Positions 10,758 through 22,636 of a stretch of DNA of 64,000 nucleotides are shown here, one piece after another. Source of the DNA: Rhynchopus sp. YZ270_cl-10. Lineage: Eukaryota. Below the pieces are notes generated by a model that worked only from the letters and a program-made list of their open reading frames with translations, was not told the origin of the DNA and did no database searches. The position numbers and the translations under genes were made by a program. How positions within the stretch are numbered: position 1 is the stretch's first letter; every line of letters starts with the position of its first letter. The stretch covers positions 2,790,001 to 2,854,000 of the forward strand of contig OZ037833.1 in assembly GCA_964035575.1 (NCBI GenBank), written 5' to 3'.

Positions 10758-12040
10758 ATGGACGACATGAGCCGCCACGGTGACGTGGAGCAGACGCACT
10801 TTCAAAGCGTGCGACAAGCCTTCCTGCACTACCAGCGCCACTCGACCGCAGTCATCGAGCGCATGCAGCCCTCCTACGGCGGCCTCGAGGTGAAGTACAA
10901 GGAGATGCTGCCCGACATCGACCGCCACTTTGCTGCAATGAAGCGGTGCGTTGCGGAGAACTACGACTTTCTTTGCGCTGTGGCCGAGATTGCTCCACAC
11001 GACTTATTCAAAAACCAGGAAGACGTGAACACAGGAGTGACACCCATGATCACACCTTCCGAGGGCGACATGGACCGCATACGCTCCACACTGCGCCACT
11101 TTGTGCGCGACTGGTCTGCAGACGGCGAGGTCGAGCGCGACCAGACGTACACCCCCATCCTGCACGAGCTGGCTGCCACCTTCCCCACCTCCGATGTGGA
11201 TCGCGGCAACGTTCGTGTTCTCGTACCCGGGTGTGGCCTTGGACGTCTTGCTTTCGAAATCCGCCAAAAAGGCTTCTGCACGCAAGGCAACGAGGTCTCA
11301 CTGTACATGCTGCTGGCATCCGACTTTATGTTCAACCGCACCACTGCCGCCAACCAGAGCAGGATCTACCCCTACCTCCACCAGACCACAAACCTGCAGA
11401 CCCGCGCAGACTCCATCCGTGAAGTGCGCATCCCTGACGTCTGCCCCACCGTCCTCGATGAAAACCCTACTGGAGGTATGAACCATTCCACACCCCTTTT
11501 TACCCCCCTTTTGACACAGGGATCCCCCCAGGCGACTTCAGCATGGTGGCAGGCGACTTCGTGGAGGTGTACACAGAATCGGAACAACGCGAGCGGTGGC
11601 AGGCTGTGGTGACGTCGTACTTCATTGACACCGGACGCAACGTGTTTGACTATATCGCGACCATTTACCATGTACTTCCTATTGGCGGGCATTGGCTGAA
11701 CATTGGGCCGCTGTTATACCACTTTAGCGAGATGCAGGGTGAGGTTTCTGTCGAACTCTCTAAAGACGAGCTGCGCAACGTTGTGACAAGCTTCGGCTTC
11801 GACATCGTCCGCGAGGACGATATGCCAAGCACATACAACGCAAACGACCGCTCCATGCTCAACGTTTCCTACAACTGCTTCTTCTTCCACGCAGTCAAGA
11901 CAGGCCGCCTCCCGGTACCCACCGACGGAGAACCCCTTCTACGAGGCTCCAATGTTGAAAAGAGGGAAATCCCAACCGACGTTCTCCCGTCAAACACCAC
12001 AACGCTTGCCTCTGATAAGACCGCCAGTAAGGGGGTGTGA
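10758..12040 (+). CDS. CARNMT1: Carnosine N-methyltransferase (N2227 family), 2 exons
   Basis: Motifs TLRHFVRDWS, VLVPGCGLGRLAFEI, QGNE, FSMVAGDF, YFIDT, WLNIGPLLYHF. Intron GTATG 11476..11519 (acacag) joins the two ORF-track frames; an alternative in-frame acceptor lies at 11531. Confidence 0.92.
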
Positions 12041-12696
12041 TTATGTGACTTAGAGTAGAAGTTTATTAGATTTCGGCGGATTTTGTGTTGGCTAGAATAT
12101 TACCTTTTTTACAAGAATGCGAAAGAAGCAAGGCCGGGGGGGGAGGAGGAGGGGGTAGAGGTTGGTGACTTTCCCCTAAAATAGTAAAATGACGACCCAA
12201 ATTTCAAAAAAAATATAAATAAAAACGTGAAACACCCCCGTGCTCCTCTCCTAAGGTCTTCTTCAGATAATTTGCATTTTTAATGTTTTTTACAAACAAA
12301 TGAGACAAAAAAACAAAACACAAATACAACCAAAAACCGCCAAAAAAAAACGAGCTCCCTTCCCTCCTCTCTCTTTCAACATTCAAATGCCACTTTGCTC
12401 GCAGTGTTCCTGTCTGTTGTGATGTACCACAACACTCTGAGCTTCCATATCCCTGCTATTTCGGAGGACGTTGCAATCAACGTCGGCTCCGTTCGAAAAG
12501 CGAAGTGCCTTTGCTGGTGCGGCGTCTCACCTCCGCCCTGCTGAGGGTGCATTCCTTCATCTTCCTTTAGTACCGGAGCCCGTCGTGCGTGCAGTCACCG
12601 TATATGCTTTCTGCAGGCGGCAACATGGGACAGGGTGATGAAAAACATGGTTTTGGGGTCTACCCCGGTGTTCTGGTCACAGCGTAGCATGTCCTC

Positions 12697-15600
12697 ATGT
12701 GTCACCACTGTCACGATCCTCACTTCAGCCCCCCTCCCCCCCATTCCCACACAATGTGCACAAAGCCACCCGACCCACAACCTGAGGATCCTGAGGTGCT
12801 TCCCTGCACACCTCCTGCGTCGCCTGGCAACGCTGCCACCCCCACCCAAGCTGCCACCCCTAGCCCTGCCACACCGCAGACAGGCCTTGCAGAGGCAGAG
12901 CTGTCGCTTCTTGATGAGATGCTTGCGAGCGAATGCGGGTCCCCGACTACACCGGCAGCGGAGGCCACACCGATGGACACCCCAGCCTCGCCCGAGGAGG
13001 TCAGAGAAGGTGTGCAAACGGAGGACAACGAGCTGTCTGCGGAAGAGATCGCAGCGCTGCTAGCCTCTGCGCGGAAGAAGGATGGGGGTGTGACGGGGCT
13101 GTCTCGAGCACGGCTGCCGAAGGAGTTGTTCCCTCGGGACAACTCGCGGGGGCAGATCTTGGGTGCGATTTCGACTGCAGCTACGGTGCTAGGGAAGTAC
13201 CAATACAATATGCACGGCAACACCTTTGATGTGGACAAGCGTCGTGCGGTGCCACGCCTTCTCACCACTGCTGATGAAATCCTGCGCGATGGCATCAGGA
13301 TTCAGTGTGTCGAAGCCACCTTCGTGGGTCTCCTTCTGACGCAGAGGCTGCTCCAGGTTGCGAGGTTCGGCATCTCCTTCGAGAGCCGCACAAAGGAGGA
13401 CCGCCTGTACAGACACCTGGTCCTGGGGTTGCGGTATGAAGAGCTGTACGGTGCCTTGGGGATAAGCAGAAACGCAGGGCTGATGACAAAGCCAATGGAG
13501 TTTGTGTCGTTGAGTGCAATGATCGCAGACTTTGTGTCCGCATACCACAAGGACGACCATGTGGTCGGGTCTGTCACCTTCTCTAAGCCAATCCACCACT
13601 ACGGCGGCAACGCGGCGACCTGGAGCTACTTCACAGTAAACCTTCTGGACGACAAATGGCGGGACGAAGTGGACCGGTACCACGCAAACCTGACACGCAA
13701 GATCTTTCCTAGCACAGGAATGGGTGGGGTGATGAAAACACGTGGACGAGCCGCGTCACCTCGCAAGGCATGGGGCAACACAGAAGCGAACGACACCACC
13801 ACAGAGGAGACCAACACAACAGTGGCACCACCTGCACTACCACCCGGTCCCAAGCCTGTAGGTATCGTCGCAGCGCCACCCAGCCCACGCACGCCGCGAC
13901 GCCCCACAGCGTCGCCTGTACGCAAGGTGGACGCAGCACAGACAACACCCCAGGCTGCATCCCCTACCGTTCTCACGAACAGAAAAGCACCTCTCGTCCG
14001 CACAGCGTCGCCACTGAAGCGCAAGGTGGAGCCGAGGCAGGCCCATATAGACCCCACGGCGCTAATGAAGCCTCGCAAGCCTGCGCCAAAGGAAGGGAAA
14101 GAGGTTGTGTCACCACCCAAAGGTGTGGAATCGGCTGAGGCAAGGTCCCGGTCGCTTACACCGAAGTCTGTGCGGAAGGCTGTGACACCCACAAAGGTTG
14201 TGGCGAAGGAAGTGGCACCGCAAAAGGCTGAAGTGTCTGCGAAAGAAGTGAAAGAGGTAAAGGAGGTGAAGGAAGTGAAGGAGGTGGCCCAGCTCGTCAA
14301 CGAGACTGCGCCTCGGAAGTCGGTTGCTGTGCCAGTCGCCAGCAGACCTGCGTGGAACACTTCGCCCGCTGCTGCGAAGAAGGTTATGAACGCGCCTTAC
14401 GCAGCGTCTGCCTCTGTGAAGCAGAAGAAGGACAGCAGCCCAGCGGTGAAGGATGTTCTCAAGGACGTGCTAGCGGCTGCCACTACACCCACAACCACCG
14501 CAGTGTCTGAGGACACCGCACTGCAGAAGCAGAAGCCGAAGAAGCCGGACCCTGCCAGCAGCCCAGCACGGCAGGTCGAGGCAGGTGCTAGCGATGTCCC
14601 GGCTCCTGTCGCCACCGCGTGCACTGAGGAGGCCTCTGTGCAGAAGCAGACGCCTAAGCCAAAGCAGGCCATTGCCAGCATCCCACCTCAGTCAGAGACA
14701 GTGAAGAGTGTTCCGAAGAGCGTCCCCACCACCACCACTACTACAACTGTCACGTCCACTGCCGACACTGTGCAGAAGCCTAAGCCAAAGCCAAAGCAGG
14801 CCAGTGCCAGCCCACCTCAGTCAGAGACAGTGAAGAGCGTTCCCCTTATGACGCCCGCTGCTTCTGTGCAGAAGCAGACGCCAAAGCAAGACATCAACCC
14901 ACAGGCCGAAACAGTGAAGGATATCTTGAAGGAGGTTCTGTCCCCCCCAACCACCACCACCACGTACACACCCGAGGACACCAAAACCGCAACACAAAGC
15001 AACGAATCTGTCGGACACGAGACGTCCTCTGAGGGGGAGGAGGCTGCTCGGGGGGCTCTCATGTCACCACCGCCACCACCACCTTCGGCAGCATCGTCTC
15101 CACTGCCGTCATGCCCAGCACCACCACCACCTTCCGCATCGACCACAGAGATCACGAAACTGATGCAGCAGGAGTCCGCAGCACGGAGGCAGTGCTGTGG
15201 GCTGGAGTTTGAGAAGCGGCAGTTTGCGGGGTCGTTGATGAAGGCTGAGGCGGAGTCGATTGTGTTGCTGGGGTCTGCGTCGAGGACGGACTTGGTGGCA
15301 CAGACGACCGAGATGTGGGGGAACGTGAAGACGAAACGAGAGTTCAAGAAAGAGCCTGCCTTCACAAACAAGCAGCTCTATGAATACATCTGCGAGCAGC
15401 GCCGCATCGACGTTGCCCTACGCCTCACACGCCGCGACCCTGCTGCAGAAGGCAGCCTCGCCCAGGCATGCCACAGCACCGCCACACAGCCCCTCGAGAA
15501 GGTCCTCCCTCACCCCCGCTCCACAGTCTCCCTGCTCTGCACAGCATCGTGCGATTGGGGTCCCGGCAGCACCGACTTCACCACCGCACCTCGCCACATC

Positions 15601-16128
15601 TTCATCCACAGCAGCGTCGCAAAGACAAACCTATCAGACCATGCTTCCGCCCTGGGGTCACGCTGGCTGCGCAAACCTAATGCGATTTCGTTAGAGCCTC
15701 TCCACAAATCGTCACCTGATGTGTGTGAATTAACACTAAAGGTACGTCGTGCAGTGAAGGTGCTTGGGGTTGCGGTGCTGACATCTGCGCCAAAGGTGAC
15801 GTTGGGGATGCGTGGGGAAGGGGGTTTAGTGCATTTAGGTGTACCTGCTATGACAACAGCGTGCACGCCGTTGTTCGGGCATCATGAGTCGGGGCTATGT
15901 GTGCGATTCTTCGACCTCGGTGCAAAGCGGGCAGTGAAAGGGGACGGCAGTGGTCTGTCCGTCGTGTTTGACTCGCGAGGAGGCGACACACTCCCGGTAG
16001 TGCTGCAGAGCGTGCATCTCTTTGTGGAGGAGATTGGGGCGGGAGGGACCTCTGGCATCACATTGCCTGCATGCAATAAGTCGGGTGCAGGGTGTGCTGC
16101 GTGCACACAGTTCGATGACATCCTGTAA
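12697..16128 (+). CDS. VASH: Vasohibin-family tubulin carboxypeptidase domain with a long Pro/Lys/Thr-rich linker and a C-terminal beta domain
   Basis: ~13190-13680: YQYN, IQCVEA (catalytic Cys), RFGISF, YRHLVLG (His), YGALGISR and LMTKP match vasohibin motifs. Start codon uncertain. Confidence 0.88.
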   Translation: MCHHCHDPHFSPPPPHSHTMCTKPPDPQPEDPEVLPCTPPASPGNAATPTQAATPSPATPQTGLAEAELSLLDEMLASECGSPTTPAAEATPMDTPASPEEVREGVQTEDNELSAEEIAALLASARKKDGGVTGLSRARLPKELFPRDNSRGQILGAISTAATVLGKYQYNMHGNTFDVDKRRAVPRLLTTADEILRDGIRIQCVEATFVGLLLTQRLLQVARFGISFESRTKEDRLYRHLVLGLRYEELYGALGISRNAGLMTKPMEFVSLSAMIADFVSAYHKDDHVVGSVTFSKPIHHYGGNAATWSYFTVNLLDDKWRDEVDRYHANLTRKIFPSTGMGGVMKTRGRAASPRKAWGNTEANDTTTEETNTTVAPPALPPGPKPVGIVAAPPSPRTPRRPTASPVRKVDAAQTTPQAASPTVLTNRKAPLVRTASPLKRKVEPRQAHIDPTALMKPRKPAPKEGKEVVSPPKGVESAEARSRSLTPKSVRKAVTPTKVVAKEVAPQKAEVSAKEVKEVKEVKEVKEVAQLVNETAPRKSVAVPVASRPAWNTSPAAAKKVMNAPYAASASVKQKKDSSPAVKDVLKDVLAAATTPTTTAVSEDTALQKQKPKKPDPASSPARQVEAGASDVPAPVATACTEEASVQKQTPKPKQAIASIPPQSETVKSVPKSVPTTTTTTTVTSTADTVQKPKPKPKQASASPPQSETVKSVPLMTPAASVQKQTPKQDINPQAETVKDILKEVLSPPTTTTTYTPEDTKTATQSNESVGHETSSEGEEAARGALMSPPPPPPSAASSPLPSCPAPPPPSASTTEITKLMQQESAARRQCCGLEFEKRQFAGSLMKAEAESIVLLGSASRTDLVAQTTEMWGNVKTKREFKKEPAFTNKQLYEYICEQRRIDVALRLTRRDPAAEGSLAQACHSTATQPLEKVLPHPRSTVSLLCTASCDWGPGSTDFTTAPRHIFIHSSVAKTNLSDHASALGSRWLRKPNAISLEPLHKSSPDVCELTLKVRRAVKVLGVAVLTSAPKVTLGMRGEGGLVHLGVPAMTTACTPLFGHHESGLCVRFFDLGAKRAVKGDGSGLSVVFDSRGGDTLPVVLQSVHLFVEEIGAGGTSGITLPACNKSGAGCAACTQFDDIL

Positions 16129-17954
16129 GGAAAGAGCAGGGGAAGATATGTTATCGGAAATGTGTATCAGGAGGAGGTGAACCGTATGGAGTGCTGTGGT
16201 GTTGTGTTGATGTGGCAAATGAGTGGCATCGAATGTAAACGAGCGGGGGTGGGGGGGAAATGGGGGGTAGACTGTGTAGTTCTCTCAATTTTCTTGGATG
16301 TTTTCTTTTAAAAGGTGAACTAAAGTATTGTGAGGTTTATCCTACAAAAAATCTTGTTATTTGAAGTGACCAAGCGATGCTTAGGTTCATCTTATAAACC
16401 TTTTTTCTGTTTCGTTTGTGGGGGGAAAAAATCAAAGATGTGTCGAAAAAAAAAGCGAAATCTGTACAGATATCGACATCTTCTTTGTTTCATTTTAAAC
16501 CAACAGAACAAAATGTTGTTGTAATCGATCATTTTTTTTACAACACATTTTTCTTAAAAGCCCCTATCTGCAGTAAGCTCCTCTCTTTGCAAAGGAAAAT
16601 ACCCATCCCATCCTCATCACGCATACCCCCCCCTTGAGCACTGCTCTTGTATAACGGGCCACTGTAAATTTACGCTTTGTGGTCTATTTTTTTGAGGCGT
16701 TTGCACTTTCAACTCTTTTTTTTTTGTGTGTGTTTTCTGCCGTCCTAATACTTTCTCTTCAATATGAAAGTATATGAAACTAAGCTAAAATGCATGCGTC
16801 TGCAGAGGCGTTTGCACCTTTCGAGTTTCTTGTGTGTGTATGGAAGAAACAACACATCTTTCAAAGTTTCTTCGACCTTCCCAGCCGTTTCTAGCCATAC
16901 CAAGATGATCGTCTTTGCAGCTAGGAGACAGTTGCCCTACCCTGATGCAACAGAAAGAAGTCGTACACAAAACCCCTTCGGCTTGGAGTGCTGGTTCTTC
17001 CCATACTATAGGGCATGGAGGAACCATTGTCCCCAGACAGTTAAAACGGCTAATGTAGGACCCCTTTTTTTCCCCTGGTGTGAACATGAGTCGTGTTTTC
17101 TGTTTTGGTCGAGGTCGGAGGTGCGATCGATAATTTTACCCTTTTTTTTGCTATTTTTATACCTACAAAGCGTAGCTTAAAGGAGAAATAGTTCCTCAGA
17201 TACGGTCGCTAATCATCCCCCTCCAACAGGGGTAATTGTGCAATCAACGGAAAAAAACCCCTTCCTTTTACTTATCAGAGTTACTATTTTTTAAATGTGG
17301 AACAGGTGTTCATTGTTCTTCTTCAACCAAATGGAAATACATACGTTCGCCGCCACCTTCGCTACTACCTGCCTCTCTTTGTTGTGTGAGTGTTGCCACC
17401 TCACAGCTGCGAAAAGACAACCAAAAAAACAACCGTCTTTTAGGTGACTAAGCACTAGGCTCAGAATCATCTTATAAAACCCCCCTTTTTGGTGCGTCCT
17501 TCACGAAAAAAGTCAACTTCGCTTTTTTTTCAAGGTTTGGATAACGCACAATGAGGCTTAAGGAGAATCTTACGAAACCCTTCTGATATGCATTTGTTAC
17601 AAAAATCCCCCCTTTTTTATGAGTTTTCCAATACAGCAGAGCAACCCCCCCAATCCGATACCAAACGACGGTTCGAAAAGCGTTGCTCTCTCCCTTCCCC
17701 AAAAGCCTCACAACCAACCTGTTGGTAAAAACCATCCAAACCATCCTCCCCCTCTCCGGGCGTTGCATCTCAATTCCCCCCCACTTTCCTTTTTGCGCTC
17801 CGACCTTATTTCTTTCCATTCCCTCATATTCTGTTGGATTCTGTAAGTGTAAAAACCCCTTAAAAAAAAAAGAGATGCTTTTGTTACCATACCCTATATC
17901 TATGACACAACGCAACAAACGTACACCAGGGTGGGGGGAGGTGGCAACCACACC

Positions 17955-19358
17955 ATGCTTCGAGAAGAGGAAGAAAGCGTGCACTCCGACGATGACTACT
18001 TGCAGGAATGCTACACGAAGGACCAAGAGGATACCCACAAATGCGTGAAGGTGAATGGGTACAAGAGCGACCGCAACCGGGAGGGGCATTGGTTCAGCCT
18101 CGACAGATGGCAGCTGCTTGCGTGGGCTGGAATTTTCATGTTCGCGACGTTTATGTGCACAATCCACCTTCCCATGCTGAACTACCCTGAAGACGTGGCC
18201 TTTAAACTTATTTTGCCTGGTCTGGTGGTCATTGTTTTTACAAGCAAGCTCTCGGCAAGTCTCGTGCAGCCGAGCGATCCGGCTGTGTTCGGTGCAGGGC
18301 GTATACCACATGCAGAGTTCAAAAAAAGCTTTTACAAGAAACCTGTGCCCCACCCGCACATCGACCAGACGTCGCTTCTGTTCTGCCCTTGGTGCCACGT
18401 CTGGGTGAGAACCACGGTCAAGCACTGCCACCACTGCAACAAATGTGTGCACGACTTCGACCACCACTGCAACTGGCTCAACTCCTGTGTCGGTGCTGCG
18501 AATTACCGCTACTTCGCTACCTTCGTGGGTGTGACCTTGGTGACCCTTCTCCTCCAGATGTCGCTAGGCCTGTTCCTCTTCATCGTCTCGTTCACCAAGG
18601 AGGATGAGTACAAAGTGCGCATGGGTGTTGCCTATGGGTACGACGGGCCCGCTTCCGAGGCCTCGTTTATTGCGTACCGTGTGTTCCTTGCGGTGTGCTT
18701 TGTGCTGCAGTTCCCTGTGGTGGCGTTCTTGGTGAATCTGTCGGGGTTCCACATTTGGCTGCACACGAAGAAGGAAGACCAGCCTATGTCGGTGCCCGTT
18801 ATCCTGCCGCATGACTGGGATAGGTCGCTGACACATTTGGGGATCACTGAGATTGACTTCACACAGGACGGTGTTGTGCGCGACATGCACCTTGGCAGCC
18901 AGCTGGACATGCTTGGCGTGCGCAAGGGCTGGCGTCTCACAGGCGTCTCCTACTGCAGCGGCACAAAGCTCGGCACAGTGCAGACACAAGAGGACTGGGA
19001 CACATTGTCGCGACAGCTCAAACTCCGCCTCGACTTCGACGTTGATGTTGTCTTCAACTTCACCACTGCAAGGGTATGCACCGCACCCCCCTACTACGTT
19101 ATTATAAACCCCTTCGGGCGAGACTAACTTCACCCACAATCATTGCAGAACAACCCTAATCAGTACTATGCACACATCCTCTCCACACACACACCACAGG
19201 TCATGACAACGTTCGACTACCTCCTCGCAAAGGACAAAGACAAGGACAAGGAGCCCACAGAGAAGCCAGACTCAGAAGCACCTCCACCCCAGCCTATGCG
19301 GCGTGTCAGTGACGTTGTTGCTGTGCCCCTCCCGAATGAGATGGAGCTAGAGGCATGA
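17955..19358 (+). CDS. DHHC palmitoyltransferase, 2 coding exons
   Basis: CPWC...[32 protein letters not shown] and 4 TM segments. Intron 19074..19199 (GTATG..accacag) restores a TTFDY (TTxE-like) motif. Start uncertain; possible upstream intron 17843..17929. Confidence 0.9.
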
Positions 19359-20806
19359 GGCATGAAGGTAGCCGTCATGGTGCATTTTGAACGGCAACAC
19401 ACCAAGGCTGTACACATGATTCAATACATCAAATCATGCAAGCCAGTAGGCACGGTGAAGTCCAGCCTCTGAGCTAAAGTCAAACGGGGGACTCAACTAG
19501 AGGGTGTGATGACCGCGCTTTTCGGGCGGGGTCCCCACACCCGCTAGTTGAGCCTCCAGCTTTTAGTCCATCTCAGAGAGGCTGGACTGGACCCCCATGG
19601 ACCGTGAGCTGGGGGGGTGGGGAGGTGGGGTGGGGGGGTAATGGTAAGGGATAGAGGGAGTGTTTGAAGCAGGTGTGGGTAGTTCCTTTGGGGACATTGC
19701 CCAGAATGTGTGTGTTTTTTGTGATAAAGTACAAAAGTAACTGTTAGGCGTAAAAGAGGTGTCTCTATCTATCTTCCTGGGAAAAGGGGTGTGATGTGGT
19801 GTGCTGGTGTCTGAACTGAAGAGATTGCAACTATGAGTTTTATGAGGGTGTGTCAACCTTCGCCCCATGTCTTTTTTTTTTTTTGCTGTACAATAAAGGT
19901 GTGTGGAAAGATGCACAGTGTGAAGTTAGGACCATCTAAGCAACTTTTCTCTTTGACAAGATGTGTGTCACGCGTGAGAGACACAGATCACAAGTTTTTT
20001 TTCTTTTTTTCTCGCGCTTTGTGCCTGTACCCAGGTCTGAATCACTTCTTTTTCGATATCGATGGTCAAATAGAAAGTGGAGATTGCACAACTGTGGCAA
20101 CACAACCGAGGCAACTACACTACTACGAACAATTTATCAAATGATAATTTATAAAAAAACCCGATCTGTTGTCCCGTTTGCATCGCCAAAGTTTTTTTTC
20201 ATTTGTTCAATCCAAAAAAAAAGTTCTAACAACTTCATCCTCACAACTTTACGCGCGGGTTGATTTCCCCCCTTTTTTCTCATTGATTTTCGAAAAGATT
20301 TTTTTTTTTTGTATGTGTGCCTGCACAGCATCCCGCTGTGTCTACCCAATGAAGTGTCTGCGTCCACTGAGTTGTTTGCACAACTTCCATTGTTTAGAGA
20401 AGAGATTTGTTGCTTAGTTTTTGACTCAAAAATAAGTTTTCGGCACGGGCCAGGTTAACAGATACACCAGCATCGTACAGACGCCACACCCCCACATTTA
20501 TTTTAGTTTAGAAACCTCTCTGGAAACACGTAGAGAACCACGACAAAATGACTTCCTCCTCTCACCCCTTTTCCACATTTTGAGAATATGTTTTTCAGCG
20601 GAACTGGACGATTGCACTCCCCCCACTGACCTCACTTTCTCTCAAGAAAGGTACACTACACGCGAGGCAGATTCATCTGCCGACTTCCGGTCACGTCCCA
20701 AAGGCAGGGTTTTTATATTTCAAAGTCAAATTTTCTTTTTCTTTCATTCCTTCCTCGCCCCCATAGCACATCACGTATCAGAAACATTTGCCACCACCCA
20801 CGCACC

Positions 20807-22636
20807 ATGTCTACCGAAGAGGCACACGTTGACCCCCAGGAGGTGAAGCCTGAGGAGGAGGAGCAGGTGGTCGAGGCAGGAGAGACACCTGAAGAGGAGA
20901 AGAAGGAGGCTGAGGAGGAGACGAACCCGGCTGAGGGGGATGAGGAGAAGAAGGAGGAGGAGGAGGAGGCTGTGGAGGAGAAGAAGGAGGAAGAAAAAGA
21001 AGAGGTGGCGGAAGAAGAAACAAAGGCTGAGGAAGAGAAGGCTGAGGAGGAGGAGAAGAAGGAGGAGGAGAAAGCTGACGAGGAAGAGAAGGCTGAAGAG
21101 GAGAAGGCTGACGAGGAGGAGAAGGCTGACGAGGAGAAGGCTGAGGAAGAGGAGAAGAAGGAGGAGGAGAAGGCTGACGAGGAAGAGAAGGCTGAAGAGG
21201 AGAAGGCTGAGGAAGAGGAGAAGAAGGAGGAGGAGAAGGCTGAGGCTGAGGCCGCAGCAAAGGCTGAAGAGGAAGCCGCCGCCGCCAAGGCTGAGGAAGA
21301 GGCAGCTGCAGCTAAGGCCGAAGAAGAAGCCGCCGCAGCTAAGGCTGAGGAGGAGAGACTTGAGGCTGAGGCCGCTGCCAAGGCTGAGGAAGAAGCTGCC
21401 GCCGCCAAGGCCGAAGAAGAGAGACTTGAGGCTGAGGCTGCTGAGGAAGCTGCCGCAGCGCAGAAGGCTGAGGAGGAGGCAGCTGCCGCAAAGGCTGAGG
21501 AAGAGAGACTTGAGGCTGAGGCTGCCGCTAAGGCTGAGGAAGAAGCTGCTGCCGCTAAGGCCGCTGAGGAGGCAGCTGCCGCAGCAAAGGCTGAAGAGGA
21601 GGCAGCTGCTGCAAAGGCCGAGGAAGAAGCCGCCGCAGCAAAGGCTGAGGAGGAGAGACTTGAGGCTGAGGCCGCTGCCAAGGCTGCTGAGGAAGCTGCC
21701 GCAGCACAGAAGGCTGAGGAAGAAGCTGCCGCTGCCAAGGCTGCTGAGGAGGAGGCAGCTGCCGCCAAGGCCGCTGAGGAAGCTGCCGCTGCCAAGGCTG
21801 AGGAGGAGGCCGCCGCAGCAAAGGCCGCTGAGGAGGCCGCCGCCGCACAGAAGGCTGAGGAAGAAGCTGCCGCTGCCAAGGCTGCTGAGGAAGCTGCCGC
21901 AGCACAGAAGGCCGAGGAGGAGGCAGCTGCTAAGAAGGCTGAGGAGGAGGCCGCCGCAGCAAAGGCTGCTGAGGAAGCAGCTGCCGCTGCCAAGGCTGAG
22001 GAGGAGGCAGCTGCCGCCAAGGCTGAGGAGGCCGCCGCAGCACAGAAGGCCGAGGAGGAGGCAGCTGCTAAGAAGGCTGAGGAGGAGGCCGCCGAAGCAA
22101 AGGCCGCTGAGGAGGCAGCTGCTGCAAAGGCTGCTGAAGAAGCAGCTGCCGCACAGAAGGCTGAGGAAGAAGCTGCCGCTGCCAAGGCCGCTGAGGAAGC
22201 TGCCGCAGCACAGAAGGCTGAGGAGGAGGCCGCCGCAGCAAAGGCTGCTGAGGAAGCAGCTGCCGCACAGAAGGCTGAGGAGGAAGCTACCGCTGCCAAG
22301 GCTGCTGAGGAGGCCGCATCGGCGAAGGCCGCTGAGGAGGCTGCAACTGCTAAGAAGGCTGAGGAGGCCGCAAGCAAGCCTGCTGCTGAGGAGGTTGCCA
22401 AGACTGAGGCAGTTGAGGTTGCGGCACCGAAGGCTGCGGAGCCTGTGGCTGCACCTGTGGCCGCACCTGCTGCAGCACCAGCACCGGCAACAGCAGCACC
22501 ACCGCAGCAGACATCACGCGCTGCACCACAGGGTGAGCCGGCTCAGGCACAGGGTGGATTTGCCGGCTTCAAGAACAAGCTTCTGGGCTTCAAGAACAAA
22601 TTGTTTGCGCCAAAGCCTGCCCCCGCCACCAAGTAG
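20807..22636 (+). CDS. Glu/Ala/Lys tandem-repeat protein (KAEEEAAAA repeats), 609 aa
   Basis: ATG-initiated ORF. Repeat variation falls largely at third codon positions in this frame. Unique N- and C-termini; the C-terminus has GFKNKL twice. Confidence 0.8.
   Translation: MSTEEAHVDPQEVKPEEEEQVVEAGETPEEEKKEAEEETNPAEGDEEKKEEEEEAVEEKKEEEKEEVAEEETKAEEEKAEEEEKKEEEKADEEEKAEEEKADEEEKADEEKAEEEEKKEEEKADEEEKAEEEKAEEEEKKEEEKAEAEAAAKAEEEAAAAKAEEEAAAAKAEEEAAAAKAEEERLEAEAAAKAEEEAAAAKAEEERLEAEAAEEAAAAQKAEEEAAAAKAEEERLEAEAAAKAEEEAAAAKAAEEAAAAAKAEEEAAAAKAEEEAAAAKAEEERLEAEAAAKAAEEAAAAQKAEEEAAAAKAAEEEAAAAKAAEEAAAAKAEEEAAAAKAAEEAAAAQKAEEEAAAAKAAEEAAAAQKAEEEAAAKKAEEEAAAAKAAEEAAAAAKAEEEAAAAKAEEAAAAQKAEEEAAAKKAEEEAAEAKAAEEAAAAKAAEEAAAAQKAEEEAAAAKAAEEAAAAQKAEEEAAAAKAAEEAAAAQKAEEEATAAKAAEEAASAKAAEEAATAKKAEEAASKPAAEEVAKTEAVEVAAPKAAEPVAAPVAAPAAAPAPATAAPPQQTSRAAPQGEPAQAQGGFAGFKNKLLGFKNKLFAPKPAPATK

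Noticed and set aside
12601..12696. In-frame TAG (12685) upstream of the vasohibin ATG, suggesting readthrough or recoding
   Set aside because: The upstream peptide has no recognisable homology, and TAG is used as a normal stop in other genes here.
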